From positions 3,488,001-3,552,000 of the forward strand of contig OZ243938.1 of assembly GCA_965214095.1 (NCBI GenBank): DNA of 64,000 nucleotides, read 5' to 3'. The position numbers and the translations under genes are program-made. This stretch comes from Candidatus Poribacteria bacterium (GTDB taxonomy: Bacteria > Poribacteria > WGA-4E > WGA-3G). Positions within the stretch are counted from its first letter, which is position 1. Each line of letters opens with the position of its first letter. Positions 48,715-57,701 of this stretch are shown piece by piece. The notes under the pieces were generated by a model, which saw only the letters and a list, made by a program, of their open reading frames with translations, was not told where the DNA came from and made no database searches.

Positions 48715-50172
48715 ATGGCAGACCAACCCCATGTCTTACTAATTAGCACAGATCATTGGCCCAACTCACTACTCGGTGTCAATGACCATCCAGACATCCA
48801 AACACCAACACTTGACTCACTTGCACGCGCTGGCACGCGTTTTACCAATGGATACAGCGAATGTCCTGTTTGTGTCCCCGCACGTAAAACTTTGATGACA
48901 GGCACAACGACACGCACACACAAAGACCGAGTCTTCAACGATAAAATGGGAATCAACGGACTTCCCACAATTGCACAAACATTTCGGGATGCAGGCTATC
49001 AAGCGTACGCAGTCGGCAAACTACACGTCTATCCGCAACGCGATCGCATCGGTTTTGACGATGTGATATTGGGTGAGGAGGGTAGATTACAATACGGTGT
49101 GATTGACGATTATGAACTCTTTCTCGGAGATAGAGGGTATGCCGGGCAGCAGTTTGCACACGGTATGTGTAACAACGACTATCTCAACCGTCCTTGGCAT
49201 CTCCCTGAAGATTGTCATGTCACCAACTGGAGCACCCAACAGATGGTGCGTCAGATTAAACGGCGCGACCCAACCCGCCCCGGTTTCTGGTTCCTGTCCT
49301 ATTGCCATCCACATCCACCATTAGCACCGCTACAATGTTATATGGATATGTATCAGAATATTGATATTGAAATGCCATATCACGGAGAATGGTCTAAAGA
49401 TACAGACAAACTTCCATTACCGTTAAAGTCACGTCAAATGCAGGATGCGCGCTACAATGAGAATCTAATCCGTTCTGCACGTCAAGCGTTTTACGCACTC
49501 TGCACACAAATTGACCATCAATTGCGACTTGTCATCGGTACATTGCGCGAAGAAGGTTTGTTGAACAACACCATCATTCTGTTCACCTCCGACCACGGTG
49601 ATATGCTTGGAAACCATCGGATGTGGGCAAAACGGCTCTACTACGAAGATTCCGCTAACGTACCAATGCTTCTTGTCGGTGCTGCAGGCGACGACAGAGT
49701 CGGACACAACAGAGTTGACAACCGACTCGTTGGATGGCAAGATGTTATGCCGACACTCCTCCATCTCGCCGGTGTTGACATTCCTGATACTGTGGATGGT
49801 ATGCCGATGGTAGGTGACAATCAACGTGAATGGTTATACGGCGAAGTCGGTTCTGGTAGTAGTGCCACCCGAATGATTCATGAAGGACGTTACAAACTCA
49901 TCTACTATGCTATGGGTAACTACCGACAACTTTTTGATTTGGAAGAAGATCCGAGAGAATTCAACGATCTGTCAGCATCCCCTGAACATGCTGATATACT
50001 TGACAGATTGACGAATTTATTGATTGGTGAACTTTATGGTGGTGATGAAAAATGGGTACAGGATGGTGTACTTGTTGGGTTGCCTGACAAAGAATATCGT
50101 CCATCTGCGAATCGTAGTTTATCTGGGCAGCGCGGGCTGCATTGGCCGCAGGCTCCGTCTACTGGACGTTGA
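48715..50172 (+). CDS. Sulfatase (formylglycine type)
   Basis: CVPARKTLMTG, GKLH, HPHPP, FTSDHGDMLG. Confidence 0.93.
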   Translation: MADQPHVLLISTDHWPNSLLGVNDHPDIQTPTLDSLARAGTRFTNGYSECPVCVPARKTLMTGTTTRTHKDRVFNDKMGINGLPTIAQTFRDAGYQAYAVGKLHVYPQRDRIGFDDVILGEEGRLQYGVIDDYELFLGDRGYAGQQFAHGMCNNDYLNRPWHLPEDCHVTNWSTQQMVRQIKRRDPTRPGFWFLSYCHPHPPLAPLQCYMDMYQNIDIEMPYHGEWSKDTDKLPLPLKSRQMQDARYNENLIRSARQAFYALCTQIDHQLRLVIGTLREEGLLNNTIILFTSDHGDMLGNHRMWAKRLYYEDSANVPMLLVGAAGDDRVGHNRVDNRLVGWQDVMPTLLHLAGVDIPDTVDGMPMVGDNQREWLYGEVGSGSSATRMIHEGRYKLIYYAMGNYRQLFDLEEDPREFNDLSASPEHADILDRLTNLLIGELYGGDEKWVQDGVLVGLPDKEYRPSANRSLSGQRGLHWPQAPSTGR

Positions 50173-50219
50173 ATGTCTAAACCAAATGTGGTATAATTTT
50201 AATAAGACTTACGCACCTG

Positions 50220-50243
50220 GTAGGCGCGGTTTCTAACCGCGCC
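50220..50243 (+). repeat. REP-like element, family A
   Basis: GTAGGCGCGGTTTCTAACCGCGCC. Confidence 0.7.
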
Positions 50244-50287
50244 GGACATCTTATGAAATTACCGAAATAAGGCTTTCTAAAAGATTT

Positions 50288-51895
50288 ATGGCAAAAAAGA
50301 AATCAAACACAAATAATAACGGTGCAACACTCGGTTTTGAAGCGACTCTATACCAAGCAGCTGATAAACTTCGTAATAACATGGATGCTGCAGAGTACAA
50401 GCACGTGGTGTTGGGATTGATTTTCCTCAAATATATCTCAGATTCTTTTGAGGAAAAATATAACTTTCTACTGGAAGAATATTCTAGTCCTCAGAGTGAA
50501 TTTTTTGTTGCAGAGGAAACCGACCGTTACACGTATGCGGAGGATAGAGACGAGTACTTGGCAGAGAATATTTTCTATGTACCGAAAGAAGCCCGATGGT
50601 CATATTTACAATCAAATGCTAAACAGCCCAATATTGGCACGTTGATTGATAATGCGATGATTGCAATTGAACAGGAAAATCCACGACTCAAAGGTGTGCT
50701 GCCCAAAAACTACGCACGTCCAGGACTTGACAAACAACGACTCGGTGAACTTGTCGATCTCATCGGTACAATCGGTTTAGGGGAAGAAGAGAATCGCTCA
50801 AAGGATATTCTGGGGAGAGTTTATGAATACTTCCTTGCACGGTTTGCCAGTGCCGAAGGCAAAAGAGGTGGCCAGTTCTATACGCCTCGTTGTGTTGTGC
50901 AGCTGCTCGTTGAGATGCTCGCGCCGTATCAAGGAAGGATTTACGACCCGTGCTGCGGCTCAGGTGGCATGTTTGTTCAGAGTGAAGCATTCGTTGAAGC
51001 ACACGGTGGACAGCGGGATGACATCTCTATCTATGGACAGGAGTCCAACCCAACTACGCGGCAATTGGCACTGATGAACCTTTCTATTCGTGGGATTGAA
51101 GCAAATCTCGGACAGGAACACGCCGACAGTTTTCACGACGATCAGCACCCCGACCTGAAAGTCGACTATATCCTCGCTAATCCACCTTTCAACGATAGCG
51201 ACTGGGGTGGTGACCGATTGCGTGAAGATAAACGTTGGAATTACGGCATTCCTCCTACTGGCAACGCTAACTATGCTTGGGTGCAGCACTTTATCTATCA
51301 CCTCGCGCCAAACGGTATCGCTGGATTTGTGTTAGCAAACGGTTCAATGAGTACAAATACCGCAAACGAAGGTGAAATACGCAAAAACATCGTTGAAGCA
51401 GATTTAGTGGATTGCATGGTCGCGTTACCCGGGCAACTCTTCTATTCCACATCTATTCCTGTCTGTCTCTGGTTTATTGCAAGGAATAAAGAAACACACC
51501 GTTTTCGAAAACGTCCAGGGGAGACACTTTTTATAGACGGTCGTAAGTTAGGGAAGATGATTGACCGCGTACACCGTGAGTTAACTAATTCAGAAATGAC
51601 ACGTATTGCTGAAACCTATCACGCATGGCGCGGCGATGAAGGCGCAGATGAATATGCTGATGTGCCAGGCTTTTGTAAAAGCACTACACTTGCTGAGATT
51701 CAGGAGCACAGTAACGTTCTGACTCCCGGCCGGTACGTCGGGGCAGAGATACAGGAAGAGGATGACGAACTGTTTGAGGACGTTATAGTAGATTTGACTG
51801 AGAAATTAACTAAACAGATGGCAGAAGCGAGACGATTAGATGATGCTATTTGTGAGAATTTGCAAATGCTCGGATTTGAAATGAATAAGAGGTAA
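50288..51895 (+). CDS. hsdM: Type I R-M methyltransferase subunit
   Basis: [29 protein letters not shown]. Confidence 0.96.
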   Translation: MAKKKSNTNNNGATLGFEATLYQAADKLRNNMDAAEYKHVVLGLIFLKYISDSFEEKYNFLLEEYSSPQSEFFVAEETDRYTYAEDRDEYLAENIFYVPKEARWSYLQSNAKQPNIGTLIDNAMIAIEQENPRLKGVLPKNYARPGLDKQRLGELVDLIGTIGLGEEENRSKDILGRVYEYFLARFASAEGKRGGQFYTPRCVVQLLVEMLAPYQGRIYDPCCGSGGMFVQSEAFVEAHGGQRDDISIYGQESNPTTRQLALMNLSIRGIEANLGQEHADSFHDDQHPDLKVDYILANPPFNDSDWGGDRLREDKRWNYGIPPTGNANYAWVQHFIYHLAPNGIAGFVLANGSMSTNTANEGEIRKNIVEADLVDCMVALPGQLFYSTSIPVCLWFIARNKETHRFRKRPGETLFIDGRKLGKMIDRVHRELTNSEMTRIAETYHAWRGDEGADEYADVPGFCKSTTLAEIQEHSNVLTPGRYVGAEIQEEDDELFEDVIVDLTEKLTKQMAEARRLDDAICENLQMLGFEMNKR

Positions 51896-51900
51896 AGATA

Positions 51901-52149
51901 ATGACAGTAAAAGAATTAATGGAATATCTCCAAAAATATCCAGACGATTTACGAGTTGTTGTTAACGGCTATGAAGATGGCTATGACGACATTGCGTCAG
52001 AACGGATTTTCACGAGAAAAATAAAGTTAGATGCCGGAACTCACGACTGGGAAGGAAAACACGGCGATCCACCCTATGAGACCGAAACAACAACTGATGA
52101 TGCCGAAGTTGTAGATGCTTTGGTTTTTCACCGCGTTCCGTATTATTGA
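51901..52149 (+). CDS. Small acidic hypothetical protein within the R-M operon
   Basis: GAGGT RBS; MTVKELMEYLQKYPDDLRVVVNGYEDG. Confidence 0.7.
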   Translation: MTVKELMEYLQKYPDDLRVVVNGYEDGYDDIASERIFTRKIKLDAGTHDWEGKHGDPPYETETTTDDAEVVDALVFHRVPYY

Positions 52150-52183
52150 AATAGTTTGAGAATATTAACAGTGGTAGATTATA

Positions 52184-53482
52184 ATGTTTGATTTTCCCGA
52201 TAGATGGCGACTTAGGTCTGTGGAGGAAAGCATGGAAGCAATTATTGACTATCGCGGTAAAACACCGCGCAAAACTCCCTCTGGCACTCCACTGATTACA
52301 GCAAAAATTGTAAAAAATGGTCAGATAATGCCTCCTACCGAATTCATTGCTTCCGAAGGTTATGATTCATGGATGAATCGGGGATTGCCAGAGTCCGGTG
52401 ATGTGGTCATGACGACTGAAGCACCCTTAGGGGAGATTGCACAGATTGATAATTGTAAAGTCGCTCTTGGTCAACGACTGATTACTTTGAGAGGCAAGCC
52501 AGATTTATTAAATAATACCTATCTTAAGTTTGCAATGCAGGCATCGTTTGTGCAAAACCAATTGGAGGCAAGATCTACAGGGACAACGGTGATGGGCATT
52601 TCTCAGCGCGAACTTAGAAAGGTTCAAATACCACTTCCATCTCTATCTGAACAACGCTGCATTGCAAACATCCTTGGCACACTTGACGACAAAATTGAAC
52701 TCAACCGCCAGATGAATGAAACACTGGAAGCAACAGCACGTGCAATTTTCAAATCATGGTTCGTGAACTTTGACCCCGTAAAGGCGAAGATGGAAGGACG
52801 CGAACCTGTATGCATTGATGCGGAAACTGCTGACTTATTTTCATCAGTGTTCCAAGATTCTCCGCTGGGAAAGATTCCGATAGGATGGACAGTTAGCACA
52901 ATTGATGATGATTTTTACCTTACAATGGGACAATCACCACCTGGATCCACGTACAACGAAGATGGAGATGGGATGCCATTCTATCAAGGACGAAAGGATT
53001 TCGGTTTTAGGTATCCAACGCGACGCGTTTATTGCACTGCACCAAAACGATTTGCTAAAAAAGGTGATACCTTGGTAAGTGTTCGTGCACCTGTGGGCGA
53101 TATAAATATGGTTGAGGAAAAGTGCAGTATAGGTCGCGGTGTGGCAGCAATAAGACATAAAAGCGGGAGTCGGTCTTATACCTACTACACCATGCAGTCT
53201 TTGCAGGAAATTTTTTCTCGTTACGAAGCGGAAGGAACGGTTTTTGGGGCAATTAATAAAACTGACTTCCAAACACTATCTCAGATTAGACCATCTGATA
53301 AAATTATCAAAGAATTTGAACGTCTCATTCATCCTTTGGATCAATCTATTGAGAATAACGAAAACGAATCCCGCACACTTTCCCAAATCCGAGATACACT
53401 GCTGCCAAGACTATTATCAGGAGAAATTCGCGTTGAGGATGCAGATGAAATGTTAGAGGTAAAAGATGGCAAACAATCCTAA
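52184..53482 (+). CDS. hsdS: Type I R-M specificity subunit
   Basis: Two TRDs; conserved PLPSLSEQ..IA.IL..LDDKIELN, IP.GW, RDTLLPRLLSGEI. Confidence 0.95.
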   Translation: MFDFPDRWRLRSVEESMEAIIDYRGKTPRKTPSGTPLITAKIVKNGQIMPPTEFIASEGYDSWMNRGLPESGDVVMTTEAPLGEIAQIDNCKVALGQRLITLRGKPDLLNNTYLKFAMQASFVQNQLEARSTGTTVMGISQRELRKVQIPLPSLSEQRCIANILGTLDDKIELNRQMNETLEATARAIFKSWFVNFDPVKAKMEGREPVCIDAETADLFSSVFQDSPLGKIPIGWTVSTIDDDFYLTMGQSPPGSTYNEDGDGMPFYQGRKDFGFRYPTRRVYCTAPKRFAKKGDTLVSVRAPVGDINMVEEKCSIGRGVAAIRHKSGSRSYTYYTMQSLQEIFSRYEAEGTVFGAINKTDFQTLSQIRPSDKIIKEFERLIHPLDQSIENNENESRTLSQIRDTLLPRLLSGEIRVEDADEMLEVKDGKQS

Positions 53483-54974
53483 AGTATTTATTTCATATTC
53501 CCATGACTCTCCCGAACATAAGCAGTGGGTGTCCGAACTTGCTGCACGACTGCGTCGCAATGGAATTGATGCAATGCTTGACCAGTGGGACCTTGGACTC
53601 GGAGATGATATAACACGATTCATGGAACGTAGCATTGTAGACGCTGATAGGGTGTTGGTTATATGCACAGACAAGTACGTGAGCAAGGCAAATGCTGCCG
53701 AGGGTGGTGTTGGCTATGAGCGGATGATTGTAAACGCGGAACTTGTTCAGAATTTAGGGACAGACAAATTTATTCCAATCATCCGTCAGGTATCAGGAAA
53801 AGAAAAAACACCCGTATTTTTAGGTACAAGAGTTTATGCTGACTTTAGAAATGACAGTCAATTTGACGCGGAATGTGAAAAATTAATTCGCGAACTTCAC
53901 GAAATGCCAATCATAGAGAAGCCTCCTTTGGGAAAAAACCCGTTCCCTTCTGTTGAATTAGATCCGCAACTGGTTGATATTCCGGAGCATGTTGAATCCG
54001 CATCTGAGGTTTATAAATTAGCTTCTAAACTTGTCCGGACAGGAGATGTGTTTGGATGGCGACAACTCATTAAACGGGTTCGACCAGGCATATTCGAATC
54101 TTTGGTGCAATGGAGGCAAAATGAATTAGATAGACAAAAACCAGAGAGCATAGAACAATTGGTTCAGGTTGTAGATAAGGCAGTTGAGATTATTTCACCC
54201 TTAATGGTTGTAGCGTTAGTAGGAGTTGAATCTGGTAGAGAGGAATTTCGAGATCAGAAGTCCTTACTTGATGACTTGTTAAACATTTCAGGATGGAATT
54301 CTTCCGGTTACACAACATGGGCAAATATTCCTGAAGCACTGGGATATATCTATCACAGTCTACACGGTGGCCTCAGCATGAGCACAAATCAACTGAATCT
54401 CTCCCTTAGCCTAGCACTAGCAAAAGTCCGCAAAACAGGATATAAAAGAGAATGCCTTCATATTTGGCGGGGAAAAAATCTTATAGGATGGATGGACTCA
54501 CTCGGTTCAAATTGTACAGAAGGTTGGAACTATATAACCAAAGCTTATGAAAGATGGGATTGGCTGTCTCTCATGTTTGGGAACGATTCAAAAGAATATC
54601 AGGCTTCATTGGTTGCCTATTACATGGCACTGAACGTCCATGAGTTAGCAGTAATAATCGCATCAGGTCAACAAGAAAAGTTAAGCAAAAGTTACGGCGT
54701 ATCTTACCCATTTGAGTTTGATGTTCCGTTGACTTTTATGACTGAAAACCAAGATGTTTTTCAGCGAGCACAGACTTTTTTACTTCGAAATTCAGAAGCA
54801 TTCACAGAACTATGGACAATATTAAATGTGACACATGAACAAATGCAGAATTCATGGAAAAAGTGGATTTATTTATTTGAAAGTTGGTTAGGGAATGTCT
54901 ATAAAAATACATCGATGTGGGATGTTTATCATTATAACATTGTCCATTATCAAAACTTTTTTCACAACCTATAA
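53466..54974 (+). CDS. TIR/SEFIR-domain protein with an uncharacterised helical C-terminal region
   Basis: KVFISYSHDS..HK.WV..LA..L...G...LDQW, GGVGYE, KFIPIIR; overlaps the end of hsdS. Confidence 0.88.
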   Translation: MANNPKVFISYSHDSPEHKQWVSELAARLRRNGIDAMLDQWDLGLGDDITRFMERSIVDADRVLVICTDKYVSKANAAEGGVGYERMIVNAELVQNLGTDKFIPIIRQVSGKEKTPVFLGTRVYADFRNDSQFDAECEKLIRELHEMPIIEKPPLGKNPFPSVELDPQLVDIPEHVESASEVYKLASKLVRTGDVFGWRQLIKRVRPGIFESLVQWRQNELDRQKPESIEQLVQVVDKAVEIISPLMVVALVGVESGREEFRDQKSLLDDLLNISGWNSSGYTTWANIPEALGYIYHSLHGGLSMSTNQLNLSLSLALAKVRKTGYKRECLHIWRGKNLIGWMDSLGSNCTEGWNYITKAYERWDWLSLMFGNDSKEYQASLVAYYMALNVHELAVIIASGQQEKLSKSYGVSYPFEFDVPLTFMTENQDVFQRAQTFLLRNSEAFTELWTILNVTHEQMQNSWKKWIYLFESWLGNVYKNTSMWDVYHYNIVHYQNFFHNL

Positions 54975-55063
54975 CCTTATTTTTCGTTAGTCATATTTCT
55001 TGAACAATCTAAGAGAGTCTAAACAATCTCTTATACCAAATTAACGGAATTTATCTTTTCCAA

Positions 55064-55089
55064 CGGTAGGTGCGGTTTCCTAACCGCAC
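55064..55089 (+). repeat. REP-like element, family A
   Basis: CGGTAGGTGCGGTTTCCTAACCGCAC. Confidence 0.75.
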
Positions 55090-55162
55090 ACTTAGCAAGA
55101 CGAATCACGTTAATTGGGTGTTATATCTGCTAAGAACATCTGACGAAGTTGTTCAGTTAAAT

Positions 55163-55352
55163 GAGGGGTGTGCATAAATATATTATGTGCCAACATTGGC
55201 AGCGTCTCTCATCAAGTATTTCTTTATATGTAATTGTCCCCTTTGTGGCAGCATAATCTATTGAGACGCTTTGATCTTGTGGACGGCACGCGGAGCGTGC
55301 CTACTACTTTTAAGACCATATTTGAGATTGATTTTCTTTATGCACACTCCTC
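55163..55352. mobile_element. 190-bp MITE with 16-bp TIRs and an 8-bp target-site duplication
   Basis: GAGGGGTGTGCATAAA ... TTTATGCACACTCCTC (15/16), flanked by AGTTAAAT at 55155-55162 and 55353-55360. Confidence 0.85.
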
Positions 55353-55399
55353 AGTTAAATTTGTCTAAGTGGTGCATCTGATATACCAGAGATAAAAAG

Positions 55400-57070
55400 A
55401 TGACTAAAAATCATAAGGTTTTCATTTCATATTCTCACGATTCTCCAGAGCACAAACGGTGGGTATCCGAACTCGCTGCACAACTTCGGCGCAATGGTGT
55501 CAATACAATACTTGACCAGTGGAATCTTGATCTAAAAGATAATGCTACTCAATTCATGGAACAGAGCGTCAGGGGCTCCGATATGGTCTTAGTTGTTTGC
55601 ACGGATAGTTATGTGAGCAAAGCTAATGATGGCGAAAGTGGAGCTGGATACGAGTCTGTGATAGTGTCTGAAAAAATAGTTGCCGAATTCGGAATTAACA
55701 AATTCATTCCCATAATTCGCCAGACAGAATGGGAAGAAGAAACACCAGATTTCTTAAGAGACCGAGTTTCTATAGACTTTACGAATGACGAACTATTTGA
55801 TGCGAAATTTGAGGAGCTGCTGCATGAACGTCTCTTAGTCCCACCCGGACAAAGACCTGATGTCCCACACATTGAGTCATTACGTGTAAAAAACTACCGT
55901 GCACTACGAGATGTAGAATTAAAACAGCTTAAACCGCTAACTGTCTTTTTAGGTGCAAACGGTAGTGGGAAATCAACGTTTTTTGATGTGTTTGCGTTCC
56001 TATCTGAATGTTTCACAGTCGGTTTGCACCACGCTTGGAACAAAAGAGGTGGACTTAAAGAACTGAGGAGTCGTGGTTGTGATGGTCCAATTGAATTTGA
56101 GTTGAAATATCGTGAGAATCCAAAATCACCAATTATGACATACCATCTGTCTATCAATGAAGATGTAGAAGGTCCTTTTGTTGAAACTGAATGGCTGCAA
56201 TGGAGGATTGGTAGAGGTGGAAAACATGTGCGTTTTCTCAATTTTGAGCGTGGAACAGGGAGTGTTATCCCCGGTGAAAAACCGGATAAAACAGGAACTC
56301 CAATTCATGAACAACTTGATGATCCATCTACACTTGCTGTCAACATGTTTGGTCAATCTTCACAACACCCCCGCGTGGGGGCACTCCGCCGTTTTATTAC
56401 AGATTGGCACCTCTCGGACCTTTCAACCGATGCCACACGCCAGACCACTGACGATGGACCGCAAAAGCGGTTGTCCAAAACAGGGGACAATCTGCCCAAT
56501 GTTATCCAATATCTACAGGAAAGATACCCAGAACGTTTGGAGAAAATCATATCGCTACTATCGGATAGAGTACCACGTTTAGAGAGGGTCGACACAGAAT
56601 TAATGATGGATGGAAGACGTTTGCTGAAAATTAAAGATGCTCCTTTTGAACAACCTATCTTGGCAAAGTTCGCCTCCGATGGCACATTGAAGCTGCTATC
56701 TTACCTAATCCTATTTCATGATAGACAACCGCCGCAACTAATCGGTATCGAGGAACCTGAGAATTACTTACATCCGCGTTTACTTATAGGACTGGTAGAC
56801 ACGTGTCGTATAGCATGCATCACGTCTCAACTTATGATTACGACGCATTCACCACGTTTTGTTAACGAACTCTATACCGATGAAGTATGGGTACTCTATC
56901 GGGATGAACAAGGTTTCACAGTGTGTAAACGCGCGTCGGAGATGCAGGGAATAGAGCAGCTTTTGGATGCTGGCGCGAAATTAGGAAAACTCTGGATGGA
57001 AGGTTACTTTGAATTTGGTGATCCGTTGACCAATGCAGGAGGTCCAAAGCGAAATCTGCATGCACATTAA
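55400..57070 (+). CDS. TIR/SEFIR domain fused to an AAA_21-type ABC ATPase
   Basis: N-terminal KVFISYSHD...GAGYE; Walker A GANGSGKST, signature SDGT, Walker B IEEPEN.LHP, H-loop TTHSP. Confidence 0.9.
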   Translation: MTKNHKVFISYSHDSPEHKRWVSELAAQLRRNGVNTILDQWNLDLKDNATQFMEQSVRGSDMVLVVCTDSYVSKANDGESGAGYESVIVSEKIVAEFGINKFIPIIRQTEWEEETPDFLRDRVSIDFTNDELFDAKFEELLHERLLVPPGQRPDVPHIESLRVKNYRALRDVELKQLKPLTVFLGANGSGKSTFFDVFAFLSECFTVGLHHAWNKRGGLKELRSRGCDGPIEFELKYRENPKSPIMTYHLSINEDVEGPFVETEWLQWRIGRGGKHVRFLNFERGTGSVIPGEKPDKTGTPIHEQLDDPSTLAVNMFGQSSQHPRVGALRRFITDWHLSDLSTDATRQTTDDGPQKRLSKTGDNLPNVIQYLQERYPERLEKIISLLSDRVPRLERVDTELMMDGRRLLKIKDAPFEQPILAKFASDGTLKLLSYLILFHDRQPPQLIGIEEPENYLHPRLLIGLVDTCRIACITSQLMITTHSPRFVNELYTDEVWVLYRDEQGFTVCKRASEMQGIEQLLDAGAKLGKLWMEGYFEFGDPLTNAGGPKRNLHAH

Positions 57071-57683
57071 ATTCTTCTTAGAGGAGCCTTCTGCTGAGGT
57101 AGCATTAAAGCACATCTTGCCCAAGATTCTTTCACCAGATGTCATTTGTATCTTCCATGCATTTGAAGGAAAGGATGATATGCTCAAAGAATTGCCAAAG
57201 TTTATGAAAGGACACCAATGGATACCTAACGACTGGCGACTTATCGTGTTACTTGATGAAGACCGAAGAGACTGCCACGAACTCAAGGAATATTTAGAAA
57301 AAGCAGCACACGATGCGGGTTTTGTAACAAAATCCAGTGCTGCTCCAGACGAAGATGTTCAAGTTGTCAATCGACTGGCAGTTGAAGAATTAGAAGCATG
57401 GTTTTTTGGAGATGTTGAAGCTTTACATGCAGCTTATCCCAGAATCTCGAAAAATCTCCAAGCTCAAGCGAAATATCGGGACCCCGATGCAATTGGGGGA
57501 GGCACCTATGAGGCTTTAGAACATCTACTGAAACAAGCGCGCTATTATAAGGGTTATCTACCTAAACGTGAGGTGGCTCAGAATATTGCACAACACATGG
57601 AACCGAGTCGGAACACATCCAAAAGTTTTCAGGTGTTTGTTGAAGGGCTTAAAGCATGCGTCCGAGAGAAATCGTTGGTGTAA
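57060..57683 (+). CDS. DUF4276 family (TOPRIM-like) protein
   Basis: FLEEPS, LLDED..DC, EELEAWFFGD, DPD.I, N.S.SF..F; overlaps the ATPase stop. Confidence 0.82.
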   Translation: MHIKFFLEEPSAEVALKHILPKILSPDVICIFHAFEGKDDMLKELPKFMKGHQWIPNDWRLIVLLDEDRRDCHELKEYLEKAAHDAGFVTKSSAAPDEDVQVVNRLAVEELEAWFFGDVEALHAAYPRISKNLQAQAKYRDPDAIGGGTYEALEHLLKQARYYKGYLPKREVAQNIAQHMEPSRNTSKSFQVFVEGLKACVREKSLV

Positions 57684-57701
57684 CTCGGTTAGGACAATAA
57701 C

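Noticed and set aside
52184-53482. Phase-variable hsdS shufflon
   Set aside because: There is a single hsdS, with no silent copies, recombinase or obvious simple-sequence tract.
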